This document shows positions 31,281-42,599 of a stretch of DNA of 64,000 nucleotides, one piece after another (the stretch's first letter is position 1; every line of letters begins with the position of its first letter). The position numbers and the translations under genes were made by a program. The stretch is from a virus. Below the pieces are notes generated by a model that made no database searches, was not told where the DNA came from, and worked only from the letters and a program-made list of their open reading frames with translations. The stretch lies in the IMG/VR virus record IMGVR_UViG_3300049783_001607. One strand, written 5' to 3'.

Positions 31281-33635
31281 TTATTTATATTTGATACTGG
31301 ATTCTAATTTTCTTTGTTTTGTTTGTTTTTTTAAATATTTTTTATTGTCTTCTCTTATACTTTTTATTTTTGGATTAGCTGTTAAATCTATATCTTTTTT
31401 ATCTAATTTGTAATCTTTAAAAGAATGGTTAAGATACGAAAAACCGTTTATATCAAAGCTATCTAACGATTTTTTTTCATTATGAAGATTTAGCATTACT
31501 TCTTTTGATCCCCTGTCGATTATAAGTTTACCCAAATGAGTAAAATTTAATTGCCCGAAGTTTATTGTATACATCGAATCTATTAATAATTTTACTCCTG
31601 GAACTTTATAAAAGCGTTTAAAATTTTCCATAGAAAAACCTACTATCTTTATGGCATCTGGAAATTTAACGTATTTACCTTCTTCAAATAATTTATCGAT
31701 GTTAGGATCACCGCTCACATAAATTATTATCTTATCTTCAGATGCTTTTTTTTCATCGTAGTAATTTCTATAAGTATACATTCCAGTAGAATGTAAATTA
31801 CCTATAACTTTTCCCGAAGCTTTAGCTCTTTCTGCTCTAGTCATATATTTTCCACCGCTTTCTTTTTCTTCTTCTTGCTTTTTTGATAAAGCAGTCATCA
31901 GTGTTTTATCTATATCTTCTTCAAATAAAAGCCTTCTATTTTCATGTCTTTCAGAGTAACTTATTACTTCATACATTAAAACATCCTTCCAATTTTTTTT
32001 CTTGTATGCTTCTGATTGTAAATGTAACAGTGTAAAACCTATTTTTGAATCGTCAATTTTATCTATATAACTATTGTATAAACTTTCTTTAATATAAATT
32101 ACTTCGATAGTAGTGTTACTAATACCATTATGATCAGCAATATATCTGCCTATACCTACTGACTTAGTATCGCCAACATAGATGTGTACGTTTGAATTAG
32201 AATTTTTATCGCTTAAACACGCTATATAGTCTTTACTTAAAGCGCTTTTATATTCTGTATTATTGTATACATTTTCACTAGAATAAGTATTAGCACGTTG
32301 TGTAGAAGTGAATATAAATTCTTTTTTCATAGTGTCATCATTCAATTGAATAGCAGCTTCTCCAATATTAAATCCTCTAAAATTATTGTTTATTTTAGAT
32401 ATATCAATAATTTTATATAGCTCTGATAAACCATTAATACTATTATTACTTTTAAATTTATCAAGAAGTGTAAGAAAATCAGGTAAGCTTTTTTCATCTT
32501 TAATTTTGTCTTGGATAATATTTTCAACAGTTTTTTGAGCTGTTAAAAACATTTCTTTTATAGCGTTCCGTGTTTTACTATTCCATATAACATTTTCTCT
32601 TGATGGAGTAACATCTACTGAATTAATATTAGCAATAAAAGATACATTCCCGGAATATTTTTTCATTTCAAGCTCTTCAAAATTAATTGGTCCGTAAGAT
32701 ATTAATACATCTGAGGAATCTCCGGGACGTAACAAAATTTGAGGGGTCGCATAATAATTAGATTCTCCAACAATTATAGAATCTGAAGAGTATAAAATTT
32801 CATTTGCTATATTTCTTTTTGACGGTTCGCCTTTATATAGCATATCTTTCATTAATAACTCAACGTTAGATATAAAACCCAGTTGATTTTCTACGCTATT
32901 AATAAAATCCATTTTTCTATGTCTTTTTACTTCTGCTTCTACTATAACACTATTTTTTTTATCGGATTTTCTATAAAATATTGTGTATTCTTTATCAACT
33001 TCTCCTTTAAAAAATGTTTCTTCTTCGTTTATTATTTCGTCTTCAAATTTAGAAACTGCAGATATTAAATGATCTTTATATACATCAAAAGAATACTCTC
33101 TTCCGTTATATATAGATGTAACAGTATAAAAATCTATACCGGTTGCTAACAATGATTTAGCCCCTAATCCAAAAGAACCTAATTGACTTTTATTTAATCT
33201 TTTAGTGCTGTAACCAAGATCGAAATAATTTATAAGTCTAGTTCCTCCTAAACCTACACCTCTATCAATAAATTTAATTCTGTCTCTTGTAGCTGTATCA
33301 TTTTCAATATATAAAATAGTTACATTTTTATCATCACTTAGATATTTTTTATCATAGTATTCAGGTTTAAATCTAGATCCAGAAAATTCTGACCCTTCTT
33401 TTTCTATGTAAATATCTTCTACTTTAATTTCTCCATTTATTATTTTAAGAGCGTTATCTCTTTCTGTAATTGAATCTAAACAATTAGATACAATTTCTCT
33501 AACAGAAGATTTGAATGGATACATGTACTGGGTTTCTTGCAAAACACTAAACATGATAGATTCCGATCCTTTATGAATCCCTTTCTTACGCGTACTGTTT
33601 CCAATACCTTCTGTGGCTTTAATATTTGATATCAT
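31281..33635 (-). CDS. rIIA: rIIA-like protein with GHKL/Hsp90-type ATPase N-terminus
   Basis: REIVSNCLDS, DRGVGL, GYSTK, GSFGLGAKS, VTPSRE. Confidence 0.85.
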   Translation of the reverse strand: MISNIKATEGIGNSTRKKGIHKGSESIMFSVLQETQYMYPFKSSVREIVSNCLDSITERDNALKIINGEIKVEDIYIEKEGSEFSGSRFKPEYYDKKYLSDDKNVTILYIENDTATRDRIKFIDRGVGLGGTRLINYFDLGYSTKRLNKSQLGSFGLGAKSLLATGIDFYTVTSIYNGREYSFDVYKDHLISAVSKFEDEIINEEETFFKGEVDKEYTIFYRKSDKKNSVIVEAEVKRHRKMDFINSVENQLGFISNVELLMKDMLYKGEPSKRNIANEILYSSDSIIVGESNYYATPQILLRPGDSSDVLISYGPINFEELEMKKYSGNVSFIANINSVDVTPSRENVIWNSKTRNAIKEMFLTAQKTVENIIQDKIKDEKSLPDFLTLLDKFKSNNSINGLSELYKIIDISKINNNFRGFNIGEAAIQLNDDTMKKEFIFTSTQRANTYSSENVYNNTEYKSALSKDYIACLSDKNSNSNVHIYVGDTKSVGIGRYIADHNGISNTTIEVIYIKESLYNSYIDKIDDSKIGFTLLHLQSEAYKKKNWKDVLMYEVISYSERHENRRLLFEEDIDKTLMTALSKKQEEEKESGGKYMTRAERAKASGKVIGNLHSTGMYTYRNYYDEKKASEDKIIIYVSGDPNIDKLFEEGKYVKFPDAIKIVGFSMENFKRFYKVPGVKLLIDSMYTINFGQLNFTHLGKLIIDRGSKEVMLNLHNEKKSLDSFDINGFSYLNHSFKDYKLDKKDIDLTANPKIKSIREDNKKYLKKQTKQRKLESSIKYK

Positions 33636-33654
33636 ATTATGTTAAGTTTAAATT

Positions 33655-34209
33655 TTATAGTTTTGTTTTTTGTTTATCTTTAAGAGAATAAAAATTTAAA
33701 ATATGCATTGATATGTTAAAAGCCATTTGATAGCTTTCCCATCTATATTCTTGTATATTAAAAGTTTCCTTGCTTAGATTGACATAAAAACCAAAAATAG
33801 CTTCTCCTATTTCAAATCTACCGTTTTCTAACCATTTTACATCTTTTGTATTAAAGGCCCCAGCTTTTATTTTAAAAGAGTCTTTTATAAACTCTTTTAT
33901 TTTTTCTAGTCCTTCCCCTCTAATTTTTTCTAAAAGAGGTACTTGTTTCATTTTAGAGAATATTCTTTTTTTTATTTTAAATAATTGCTCTGTATGTAAA
34001 GTTGTCCCTAGTTCTACAAGTCCTATGTAAGAACTTTGAGTTATACTGGAATAAAAATAATCTTTATGTTCAACATGAATAATAACATTTGTTGAAAATT
34101 CACTAAAGTTTATAAATATATTTGAACTGTAATCTATTTCCTCGCTTTTTAAAAATTCATCAATTTGATCTGTTAATTTTATTTTTAAATCTTTTATAGT
34201 TTCTTTCAT
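33655..34209 (-). CDS. Hypothetical protein
   Basis: 184-aa ORF. Confidence 0.55.
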   Translation of the reverse strand: MKETIKDLKIKLTDQIDEFLKSEEIDYSSNIFINFSEFSTNVIIHVEHKDYFYSSITQSSYIGLVELGTTLHTEQLFKIKKRIFSKMKQVPLLEKIRGEGLEKIKEFIKDSFKIKAGAFNTKDVKWLENGRFEIGEAIFGFYVNLSKETFNIQEYRWESYQMAFNISMHILNFYSLKDKQKTKL

Positions 34210-34577
34210 TACTCGTTTCTTTTAAGTCTGTATCTAAGTTTTCTTGCTTCAATATCCCCTGAATGTCTTAAAAGTCTAAAAAAAGGATCTGACATAAATG
34301 ATTTATCCCCTATGGCAGCTTTTTCATAAAATACGTTTAAAATTTCGCTTGGTCTAACAGACTCTTCACAAGCATCGCAATACCTAGCATCGAAAATAGA
34401 TTCAGCTATAAATCTTGCCAGCATTTTTTCATTTTCTGTGTATTTATATGCTTTTAAAATATTTAATCTTATGTTTTCCTCATGCACTTCTAATACGTAT
34501 TTTTTAGGTGTAATTGCAGATAGCGCGTTAAGTAGTTTATGTAGTAATTTTTGTTTTAATTTGTTTAGTTTATTCAT
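34209..34577 (-). CDS. Hypothetical protein (CxxC)
   Basis: 122-aa ORF with YCDACE. Confidence 0.5.
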   Translation of the reverse strand: MNKLNKLKQKLLHKLLNALSAITPKKYVLEVHEENIRLNILKAYKYTENEKMLARFIAESIFDARYCDACEESVRPSEILNVFYEKAAIGDKSFMSDPFFRLLRHSGDIEARKLRYRLKRNE

Positions 34578-35478
34578 TATATTTATCTTTTATTTCTAGA
34601 TAGATTATTTTTAGTTTAGTAATTAAATCAGATAAAGAGCCATCATTATAAACACTATAATCGAATAAACTATTATCTAATCCTGTTTCAGACTCATGCT
34701 CTAATATTACACCTAAATCTATTTCTTCTGGAACATCTGATTTTTTTAATGCTTTAATAAAAGAAATTTCTATAGTTTTATTAGTACCGGTCGTTTTAAT
34801 AACCGGTAAAAATTTATTGTAAAGATCTGGAAATCTATATTTTATAGGTCTATTAATTCTTATTGTAATTCCCGAATTATTTTCAATGGCTCTTTTTTCA
34901 CTTGGAAATCGAAGGTCTGTAATTAACCAATTAGGGTATTTATTATTATTTTTTACATAATCTTTAAATAAACTTGTTACCCATATATTAGGATGTATAA
35001 TGTCTCTTCCACACTCTGTCCCTATTAATACCATTAAAATTCTTGGTGTCATACGAACTTTTTCTATTTTATAATTTTTAAAAGATAAAGGTCCCCTTAG
35101 TCTTTGCTTTTTTGTGTAATCAAGAGCTTCTGGCAGAGTTCCAAAATATTTATATTCTTTGTTTTCTAATGGAGTTAAATTTGTATTATTGTATACAGTA
35201 ATTACTTTGTATTTAGTCCATTCAGAACCTAAATAAGTATTTTTAAAGGCTCTATTTTCTAATTGTCTTCTAGTACAATTTAAAAGAACGCAAACAAAAT
35301 TTTTTATTTTATCGGCAAATTTTCTATACTCAAATAGATTAAGTTTTGATGGAAATTCAAAAGCTGAATCTAAGAATTGTTTTTCAGTCAGTTCTCCCTT
35401 GTTTAAAAATAGTAAATGCAATAAATCCGCGGAAACATCTTTTCCCGCTCTTAGTTTTCCTGAAATACCTATTATCAT
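34570..35478 (-). CDS. Deoxynucleoside monophosphate kinase
   Basis: IIGISGKLRAGKD, FADKIK, TPRILMVLIGTE, ITDLRFPSE, HESE. Confidence 0.88.
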   Translation of the reverse strand: MIIGISGKLRAGKDVSADLLHLLFLNKGELTEKQFLDSAFEFPSKLNLFEYRKFADKIKNFVCVLLNCTRRQLENRAFKNTYLGSEWTKYKVITVYNNTNLTPLENKEYKYFGTLPEALDYTKKQRLRGPLSFKNYKIEKVRMTPRILMVLIGTECGRDIIHPNIWVTSLFKDYVKNNNKYPNWLITDLRFPSEKRAIENNSGITIRINRPIKYRFPDLYNKFLPVIKTTGTNKTIEISFIKALKKSDVPEEIDLGVILEHESETGLDNSLFDYSVYNDGSLSDLITKLKIIYLEIKDKYNE

Positions 35479-35519
35479 GTTTTCTTATTTAATTATTATT
35501 AATGCTGTGCAAAATTGCA

Positions 35520-35978
35520 TTATTTATCGTACCCTAAACGAATTGCTGTGTTTTTCATAATATTACAAAGCTGTTCAGATAATTCAAACCGCTCTTTATT
35601 TATTTCAATAGACTTCATTATGTTGCCGTCAGAGTGGCGTTCTGTCGCCGCTTTCCAATCAAAGAACATTTCTATTAAATCAAATAAATCAAAGCCATTT
35701 ACACCATTCTTGTAATGTTCAGGATGGTGACTATTATTTTCGTAATGATGGTCAAGGGCTACTTTCATCAATTTAAAGAACTTATTATAACTTTCAGTCC
35801 CATATTTAGAATCTTTTAAAAGAGGTGTGTATTTATCAAACAATTCCTTTTCAGGGCTTTCAAGTTTTGAATCATCGTGAACATTGGCACGTTTTATTAA
35901 TTCACTTGCTGCTTCTGTCATTAATTGATTTACTCTTTTAATATGCAGTAGAGTATCTGCTTTGCTATCGTATCTCAT
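35520..35978 (-). CDS. HD-like phosphohydrolase (DUF5662-like)
   Basis: HDDSK, HHYENNSHHPEHY, IEMFFDW. Confidence 0.7.
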   Translation of the reverse strand: MRYDSKADTLLHIKRVNQLMTEAASELIKRANVHDDSKLESPEKELFDKYTPLLKDSKYGTESYNKFFKLMKVALDHHYENNSHHPEHYKNGVNGFDLFDLIEMFFDWKAATERHSDGNIMKSIEINKERFELSEQLCNIMKNTAIRLGYDK

Positions 35979-36495
35979 AATTTTTGTTGAGTTTGTTTAA
36001 CAGGCCGGTTATTTTTTTACTTTTAAATTAAATGGTTTAACATGCCCTTCTTTAGCAGAATACCACTTCCCTTGATAATTAAATTCAAATCCACTATCTC
36101 TCATACAAATAACCATTTTTTCTCCGTCACTTGTTTTTAATACAACAGAGTTAAATACTTCTTCAAGGTGCATTGTGTTTTCTTCGTTTACTGTAATTCT
36201 CATTTTTATTTATTAAATTATGTGTCGACACTTGTTCTACACTTGTCATTAGAATTAATACTACTTTACGTTTATTTCAACAATACTGACCATTTCATCT
36301 TCTTGCACTTCTTGTAAAGTGTAATCTGTGTAATTTTCCCATTCTTCATTATCAATGGCTTCTTGTGCTTTTTCTCTTGTCTTAAAAGTTCCTTTTGCTT
36401 TTGGCATTTCCCACTCGCATTTAATTTTGTAAATTTTCATACTTTTTATATTTATTGAACCAATGTTTTTATTTACGCAACTAATTTTATTTTCA

Positions 36496-36876
36496 TTATA
36501 TGTGACTCCATTCACCGTACTTTTTAGAAAGTTTATCTAACTGTTCTAATTCGATTCTCTTAATTCTGTCTTGCTCTTTTTTTTGCTCTTCCTCCTCCCG
36601 CTTTTTATAACGTAATTTTTCTTTTTCACAGGCATTTTCATACTCTTGTTTTGTTATCAAACCTAATTCAAGTAAAGTAGGTTCTGTTTCGTCTTTACTA
36701 TATTGATTTAAATTAACCTCTTCTCTTTTATGTCCAAAACTTTCTGTAATATCATTCACTATAAAAACAGCAAAAGTATTGTCAGAGAATTTAACCCAAA
36801 GATCACCAAAATACATTTTTGTATCGGCTATTGTTTTTCCTTTTAAGCCTTTTAAATTTGTTATTTCATTTTTCAT
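36496..36876 (-). CDS. Hypothetical protein
   Basis: 126-aa ORF with a coiled-coil-like tail. Confidence 0.55.
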   Translation of the reverse strand: MKNEITNLKGLKGKTIADTKMYFGDLWVKFSDNTFAVFIVNDITESFGHKREEVNLNQYSKDETEPTLLELGLITKQEYENACEKEKLRYKKREEEEQKKEQDRIKRIELEQLDKLSKKYGEWSHI

Positions 36877-36904
36877 TTTAATATAGTTTTGTTATTAATT
36901 AAAA

Positions 36905-36967
36905 ACTGCAACTAACACTATGCAAAGTGCATTAAAACGCACCTTGCACTTGATTGTTCTAAACAAT
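36905..36967 (+). repeat. Complete short attC-like hairpin site
   Basis: ACTAAC-acta-TGCAAAGTGC-attaaaac-GCACCTTGCA-cttgatt-GTT; 9/10 stem with asymmetric 4/7-nt spacers. Confidence 0.6.
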
Positions 36968-37276
36968 AAAAGGGCTTTCATTCATTGCTTTTGTGTAGTA
37001 CTTGCAAAGTTGTTTGTGTGTAAACTCTCTTTTTCCATCTTTAGAAACCCATTGGTAAACTTTTGGTCTGTACTTAAAAAATTTCTCTATATAATCATTA
37101 AAGGCTTGTGTGTACTTATCGCCCTTTAACTGTGTAGAACAATGTGTAAAATCAATGGCTTTATCTCGCCTATCTATAAGAGTTTGTACCATATTAAATA
37201 TTCTTATTTCATTAACACCGCTATCAAATATATGCTGTATCTCTACTTTTAAGTCTGTCTTTTCTTGTTCTGTCAT
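36959..37276 (-). CDS. Hypothetical protein that translates through an attC-like left arm (AIDFTHCSTQL)
   Basis: 105-aa ORF; its start codon lies inside the loop of the 37128-37336 hairpin. Confidence 0.55.
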   Translation of the reverse strand: MTEQEKTDLKVEIQHIFDSGVNEIRIFNMVQTLIDRRDKAIDFTHCSTQLKGDKYTQAFNDYIEKFFKYRPKVYQWVSKDGKREFTHKQLCKYYTKAMNESPFIV

Positions 37277-37336
37277 TATCTATTTTGTTTAGTTATTAAT
37301 TCACGCCACTAATCTTACACTCAACGTTACCTTCAA
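37128..37336 (+). repeat. Long-loop attC-like site
   Basis: AAC-aat-GTGTAAAATCAATGGC pairs 13/16 with GCCACTAATCTTACAC-tcaac-GTT across a ~145-nt loop. Confidence 0.6.
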
Positions 37337-37338
37337 TA

Positions 37339-37650
37339 CTACTTTAGTACATCATAAGCACTTTTAAAGTAGCTTGGTTTTACAGGCCAGCAATGTTTAC
37401 CTAATTCTTTTGTATATCCAAATACGATATAATCACCGATACTTGCTATTTGTGTTTCACCGCCAATTTCAGGTGTTTTAAGTTTCAGGCCTTCACGTTT
37501 CACAATATTTTCGTAATCATCCCATTTATCGGATGCTATGTTATGTGATAAATCAGGCTTACTAAATACTTCTGTGTAAACCTCAAAAATGTTGTTTTCT
37601 TTTAGCTGAATAAATTCAATTATTACAGGCTTCTTTTGTGCTTTTTCCAT
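37339..37650 (-). CDS. Conserved small phage protein (KKPV...GDYIV...PVKP family)
   Basis: KKPVIIEFIQ, ASIGDYIV, WPVKPSYFKSAY. Confidence 0.6.
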   Translation of the reverse strand: MEKAQKKPVIIEFIQLKENNIFEVYTEVFSKPDLSHNIASDKWDDYENIVKREGLKLKTPEIGGETQIASIGDYIVFGYTKELGKHCWPVKPSYFKSAYDVLK

Positions 37651-37668
37651 CCGATTAATTTATTTGGT

Positions 37669-37976
37669 TTCATAATTTATAAAGGTTTATTAAATCTGCC
37701 TAAAAAGCATACTATATCATTAATTAGAAATAACTCATATTAAAATCCCCTTTTTTAAATGTTTTCTGCATTTCTAATTTTTCTCGCCAGCCTTTTCCGT
37801 ATTTTTTATTTATTTCACATCTTGCTTTTCCGTGATAGTCTTTTACTCCTTGCAACTTTAGGTTTTTAGATAAAGTTTTTAACTCTTTGCTTATATCTTT
37901 TTGTTTTTTTTCTATTTCTTTATTATTCATAATTTATAGAAGTTTATTAAATCTACCTAAAAAGCATACTATTTCA
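37669..37976. repeat. 51-bp direct repeat (47/51 identical) flanking ORF 37724-37930
   Basis: 37669-37719 versus 37926-37976. Confidence 0.85.
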
Positions 37977-38494
37977 CAATCTAATGTCCCATTACATAAA
38001 AGCTTTTTAATAGCTGGATTTTCATCTTTATGCAAAGAACTTACTATTTTTTTAACTCGTCTATTGCTTAAAGAAGTGTCTTGATATTTCAAACCGCATT
38101 TTGTTTTCCAATCAAATAATATTTTATTGTTATTTTTATTTCTATAAACAAACTTCACTTCATACCAGTAATATTTTTTAGACAGCACTTTGTATAATAA
38201 GGCGTACATCATATTTGCTTCTCTATTTTTGCCTAAGTACTCTATTAATTTATTCATTTGTTTTTATTTATTTAATTACTATTTATCTCTCCAATTTTTA
38301 ATTTTTCTCTTTTCATTTTAACTTCATTCTCAAAGTTTATAAAAAAATCAATTAAATTTTTATCGTCATCATCTGTTTCTAAAGCTTCAATTAATAAGTC
38401 TTTAGTATTTTTAAGTAAAAAAGGGATGTATGATTTTGTTATTATATTTTCTGTTATTTTGCTCATCTTATATTAGTGACTTTATGTGCAATGA

Positions 38495-38938
38495 CTACAT
38501 TTCGTTTTGAGAAAACTTATCTCCTAATAACTCTAGTCTTTGTCCTAATACTTGCAAATACTCATTCATTAATCTTGATTGTGTATAAAGTAAATCTTTG
38601 TTTACTCTATCTAAATCAACGAAATTTTTAGTGCGCATAAAATCGTTTAAAGAGTTTGTTTTAGTCGCTAATTCTCTAGTTTGATTTAGTAATCTATCAT
38701 AAAAAGTTTCAGATTGCTTGTAAATTTTATCAAAAACATCTTTTGGACTCCAAGAAATATAGCCATCGTGGTTTTTGTGGTTAGGTTTTCCACTTTCGAT
38801 ATATTCAACTAACATACCATCTTCGTTACTATCCTCATTAGATGGCTGCTCCCATCCTCTATAAGAATTGTACTCTTCTTTTTTCATGGATACAGCTTTT
38901 AAAGTCTTTGTCCCTGTGTAATTAATCATTCCTTTCAT
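38495..38938 (-). CDS. Conserved phage protein (crAss001_48-like, YISWSPKDVF family)
   Basis: YTGTKTLKA, GYISWSPKDVF, QSRLMNEYLQVLGQR. Confidence 0.65.
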   Translation of the reverse strand: MKGMINYTGTKTLKAVSMKKEEYNSYRGWEQPSNEDSNEDGMLVEYIESGKPNHKNHDGYISWSPKDVFDKIYKQSETFYDRLLNQTRELATKTNSLNDFMRTKNFVDLDRVNKDLLYTQSRLMNEYLQVLGQRLELLGDKFSQNEM

Positions 38939-39570
38939 TATGTAAAATTTAAAATATTTGCTTACTCTATTTTAAGGTTTTCAGCTTATCCTTTAATTTA
39001 ATAATTCGTCAAATCTACGCTTAACGGTAGTTCATAAACTTGAAATTCACTGAATGTTTCAGTTTTTCTATCTTCATCCGTATAACCACTCAAACCAATT
39101 TCATTATATTTTCCATGAGGAAATAGTTTTATAAAAGTTACTTCGTGAATACAATCTTTTCTTTCGTTTAGGTCGGTGTGATTTTCAATTTCAGAAACAA
39201 AATCTCCTACTTTTAATTTTTTTACATTTACTGACATAATAGTTTCAGTTTTTTTTTATTTTAAATTAACATTATCATAAGAAATTTTAGGAGTAAACTT
39301 AAAATCTTCAGATAGCCAATATTCCCACATCTCATCATCAGTTATAAGACCTTCTTTTCCAAGCTTTTTTATTATACTGGATTTTTCTTGTGTTATATTG
39401 TTTATAGTTTCATTAGAGTATATTTGTTCTATCGATTTTGTTTCTATAGGACCTATCATTTTTTTAACAATTTTAGTTCTATTTATTAACATTTCATCAA
39501 TGGTGTTTAATCTTTTTAAAATATAATTTATTTCCATAATCTACTTCTTTTTAATTAAATAATTCAATTT

Positions 39571-39598
39571 TAACTAACACGTAATATAAAACATACAC
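39571..39598 (+). repeat. attC-like left half-site
   Basis: AACTAACACGTAATATAAAACATAC matches the YAACA-n-TAAA consensus of the other sites. Confidence 0.4.
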
Positions 39599-39977
39599 TC
39601 ATTTAGTTCTGTGGTCTAAACAATCATTTCCGTATATTTCAGTAGGTATATTTCCACAAACCTTACATTTAATTACAAAGTATTTAGAACCAAATATCCT
39701 TGCTAATAATCTTGTAATTGGGCCATAAAATAATACGTTTTCGGGTCTGCTATAATATTTTGCTTTCATAATTATATTTTTTAGTTTAATAATATTAAGT
39801 AAATTAACTTCTACCCAAGTTGGTTAACACGCCATGAGCGGTTTTTACTATCTCGCCAAATACTCCTACAATTAAGTGTGTTTATTTCATCACCCCACAC
39901 ATTACCAATAAAAGAAAAGCCACGCTCTCTTGCTTCTTCAATGTCAATGCTTATAAATAATTGTCTATACTTATCAC

Positions 39978-40011
39978 GCACAGAATACAACAATGTATAA
40001 AATGCATTGCT
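39978..40011 (+). repeat. attC-like left half-site translated inside ORF 39811-40038 (SNAFYTLLYSV)
   Basis: TACAACAATGTATAAAATGCATTGC. Confidence 0.55.
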
Positions 40012-40461
40012 TTTTGTTTTTTGCCAATATTCAGCCATAATTTTAATTTTAGTTTTATTGAATTATTTTTTTCATATCATTGTCTTTATTTTAAAAATTA
40101 TTCAGTTTCCCAATAAATCCTACTGCTTGTCCAAGGATATATGACTCTTGCTTGTTTTTTATTACATTTTATACATTTTCTTTCACTTGGTATTGTTTCT
40201 CTCCATTTGTGTAATCCTATAAAACATTTAATTCTATCAATCATAATTCTCTATTTTTCGCATTTATAACAATCTTCACCTACTTCACCATTTTCTGTTA
40301 TTAAATAACCTGTTAATGAAACGCATATTAGTCCCAACTTTTCATATAATATTCTAAGTCACTATGTATAAACCCATCATTATTTTTATTTCTGTGTTTT
40401 TCTCGTAAAGCTCCTTCGTATATTCCTTCTTCGTATGCACTTTTCATATTTTCAAAAGAAT

Positions 40462-40496
40462 AACTATTTTTAACACCTGATAAAAGTAATTGCTCG
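40462..40496 (+). repeat. attC-like left half-site translated inside ORF 40328-40615 (EQLLLSGVKNS)
   Basis: TTTAACACCTGATAAAAGTAATTGCTCG. Confidence 0.55.
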
Positions 40497-40617
40497 GTTT
40501 GGTAACTGTCTAATAATTCAACTAATTCCTCAAAAGTAAAGGACTGCCTAAAATTAGGGTGTTTAACTTTTTTGCCATTACTGTACTTGTCTATTAAGTA
40601 TTTTTTATTGTCCATTT

Positions 40618-41016
40618 TTATTTAATTTTAACTTTGTCAACAACGTATATACTCCCTGTAATTGTTACGTCATTTAAACTTTTAGTGCCGATATCTCTAA
40701 TTTCTCCTTTTAAATTAGCTCCTGTAGAAGATTCAACATCATCTAATATTTTATACGCTAAACATTTACCTTTTTCATTCCAAACAATCTCTCTATTTTT
40801 ACCTACGTAACCGTCATTAACAAAAACAGTATCTCCTATAAATACTTTAACTTTGTTTATATCTTCAAAACCTGCATATTGCCTAGTGTAAATAAGATTT
40901 AAACTATCCCATACATCACACCTGTGCTTTATTTTTGGTATTTCAGAAATATGGTATTGTTTTTTTACTATTCCGTTTACACTTTCAAATCCGTACTCAA
41001 ATATATTTTCGTTCAT
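40618..41016 (-). CDS. YopX-family protein
   Basis: RQYAGFEDINKVKVFIGDTV and ITGSIY resemble the YopX pattern. Confidence 0.65.
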   Translation of the reverse strand: MNENIFEYGFESVNGIVKKQYHISEIPKIKHRCDVWDSLNLIYTRQYAGFEDINKVKVFIGDTVFVNDGYVGKNREIVWNEKGKCLAYKILDDVESSTGANLKGEIRDIGTKSLNDVTITGSIYVVDKVKIK

Positions 41017-42326
41017 AATTATATTTTTAGTTTGATAATACTAAGTAAATTAACTTCTACCTAAAGTCCAATTAATCCACCTTTCTTGTTGTGTTAATGG
41101 CTTCGGTTCAAATCGTTTTCCGTAATCATTTAAAACTTTTGTGGCTTGGTCAGGAGTTGCTTTATAAGCGTTTTTATATCCCTCTTTTATTATTTTAAAT
41201 AATTGCTCGTCTTGTCTCTTTTCAGAAGAACAATCTATTACAGTTGGTGAATTGTTTTTGTGTAATTTATATACTATGCAATGAGTTATTTTTTTCATTT
41301 TGTTTAATTAATAATTATTTACTAGTCAAAAATATTATTCAACTTTATTAATATCCTCAAAGTGTGTTTTTAGAACTTTCATAGCATTATCAAAGTTTTT
41401 GTCTACTGTATTAACTTCATCTTTATATTCAGAAGAACTATCATCGTATAAGATAGTCCATCCGTTCTCACCAGATTGTATTGTTACTACTAATTGGCTC
41501 GTACCAACTTTAAATAATTCTTTTCTTTTTACCTCACTTGAAGGCATCATTCCCATAAATCTATCCATACTTTTAAATTTAATTTGTTTTATTATTGCCT
41601 TTTAATTCTGTATACTTTGTTTTATCTAATTGTTTATATGCAGTTGGGACATAGCTCTAACGCTTGTTTTAACCCTTTTTCTAAAGCCTCTTCATAAATA
41701 TATTTAATCAAACTAATTGATGGTATTTTATTAAAATATTCATCTTGAAAAAGGGTGTAACATTGCCATCCTGTTTGTTTTTCTCCCATTTTATCATCTC
41801 CATAAACAGGTTTTAAACACAAGTTTATATTTTTTGTTTCTCTCAACCATTTTTGTAAATAACTTTGAGAAGGCCTTATGTAAAGTGATTGTTTGCTATG
41901 CATATACCCTTTTTTCTTTGCTAAATTAAATACTTTAAGCGTAACTAATTTGTCGTTTGTATCCGTAGTTTTTTGTATCGTATTTTTAGTATGTGTATTG
42001 CTTATCTTGTGTTTTTTATCGTCTGTATTCATACTTTTTAATTTAATTTGTTTTTTAGTTGGTATTTAAAATATTCATTGCCATCACCATCTATAAATAT
42101 TATTTCATAGTATCCAGTCCACACTGTACCGCCTAACATATTTTTAATATTAAATATTTTATTACCTCTTCTAGTTCTTTTTGGCGAAAATATTTTTTTA
42201 TCTTCTGTTAAGTATGTTTTATTTAAAGCTATTTTCATATTATTGTCTTTTAATTCTTTCCATTCCGTTACAACCTAAACATTGCGTACCGCATCTCAAA
42301 CCATTTGATTCCTCAGAATGACAATA

Positions 42327-42569
42327 AAACGGTTTAACAACATCAGGTAAAGTCAATGCTATTTTATAGTCTTCGAATACACATAGCGCTGTACCCCAGA
42401 ATCTATCAACTCCATTGCTGTCTCTATCGTGGCTTGGGTTTCTTTTATCCCATAAGTTTTGTAATAACTTCTGTTTTTGTTCTTCAGTTCTTTCCATTTT
42501 TGTATCTTAATTAACTTAGTTGCTTTTTAAATATCGCAACGAAACTTTATATCATATGTTAGTAGCAAT
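42327..42569 (+). repeat. Long-loop attC-like site enclosing the start of ORF 42240-42497
   Basis: Left arm AACAACATCAGGTAAAGTCAATGC (42336-42359); right arm GCAACGAAACTTTATATCATATGTTAGTAGCAAT (42536-42569); pairing only partial. Confidence 0.5.
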
Positions 42570-42599
42570 AATTTTTTAGCCGCCTACACGTGCCAATCA

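Larger units (their letters stand above)
39765..41061. repeat. ~50-bp dispersed junction repeat (gene 3' end, intergenic spacer and next ATG)
   Basis: 39765-39815 versus 41012-41061; its first 21 bp recur at 44785-44805. Confidence 0.85.

Noticed and set aside
37669-41061. Diversity-generating retroelement template/variable repeat pairs
   Set aside because: No reverse transcriptase in the window, the repeats are only ~50 bp and largely intergenic, and the mismatches are not confined to adenines of one copy.
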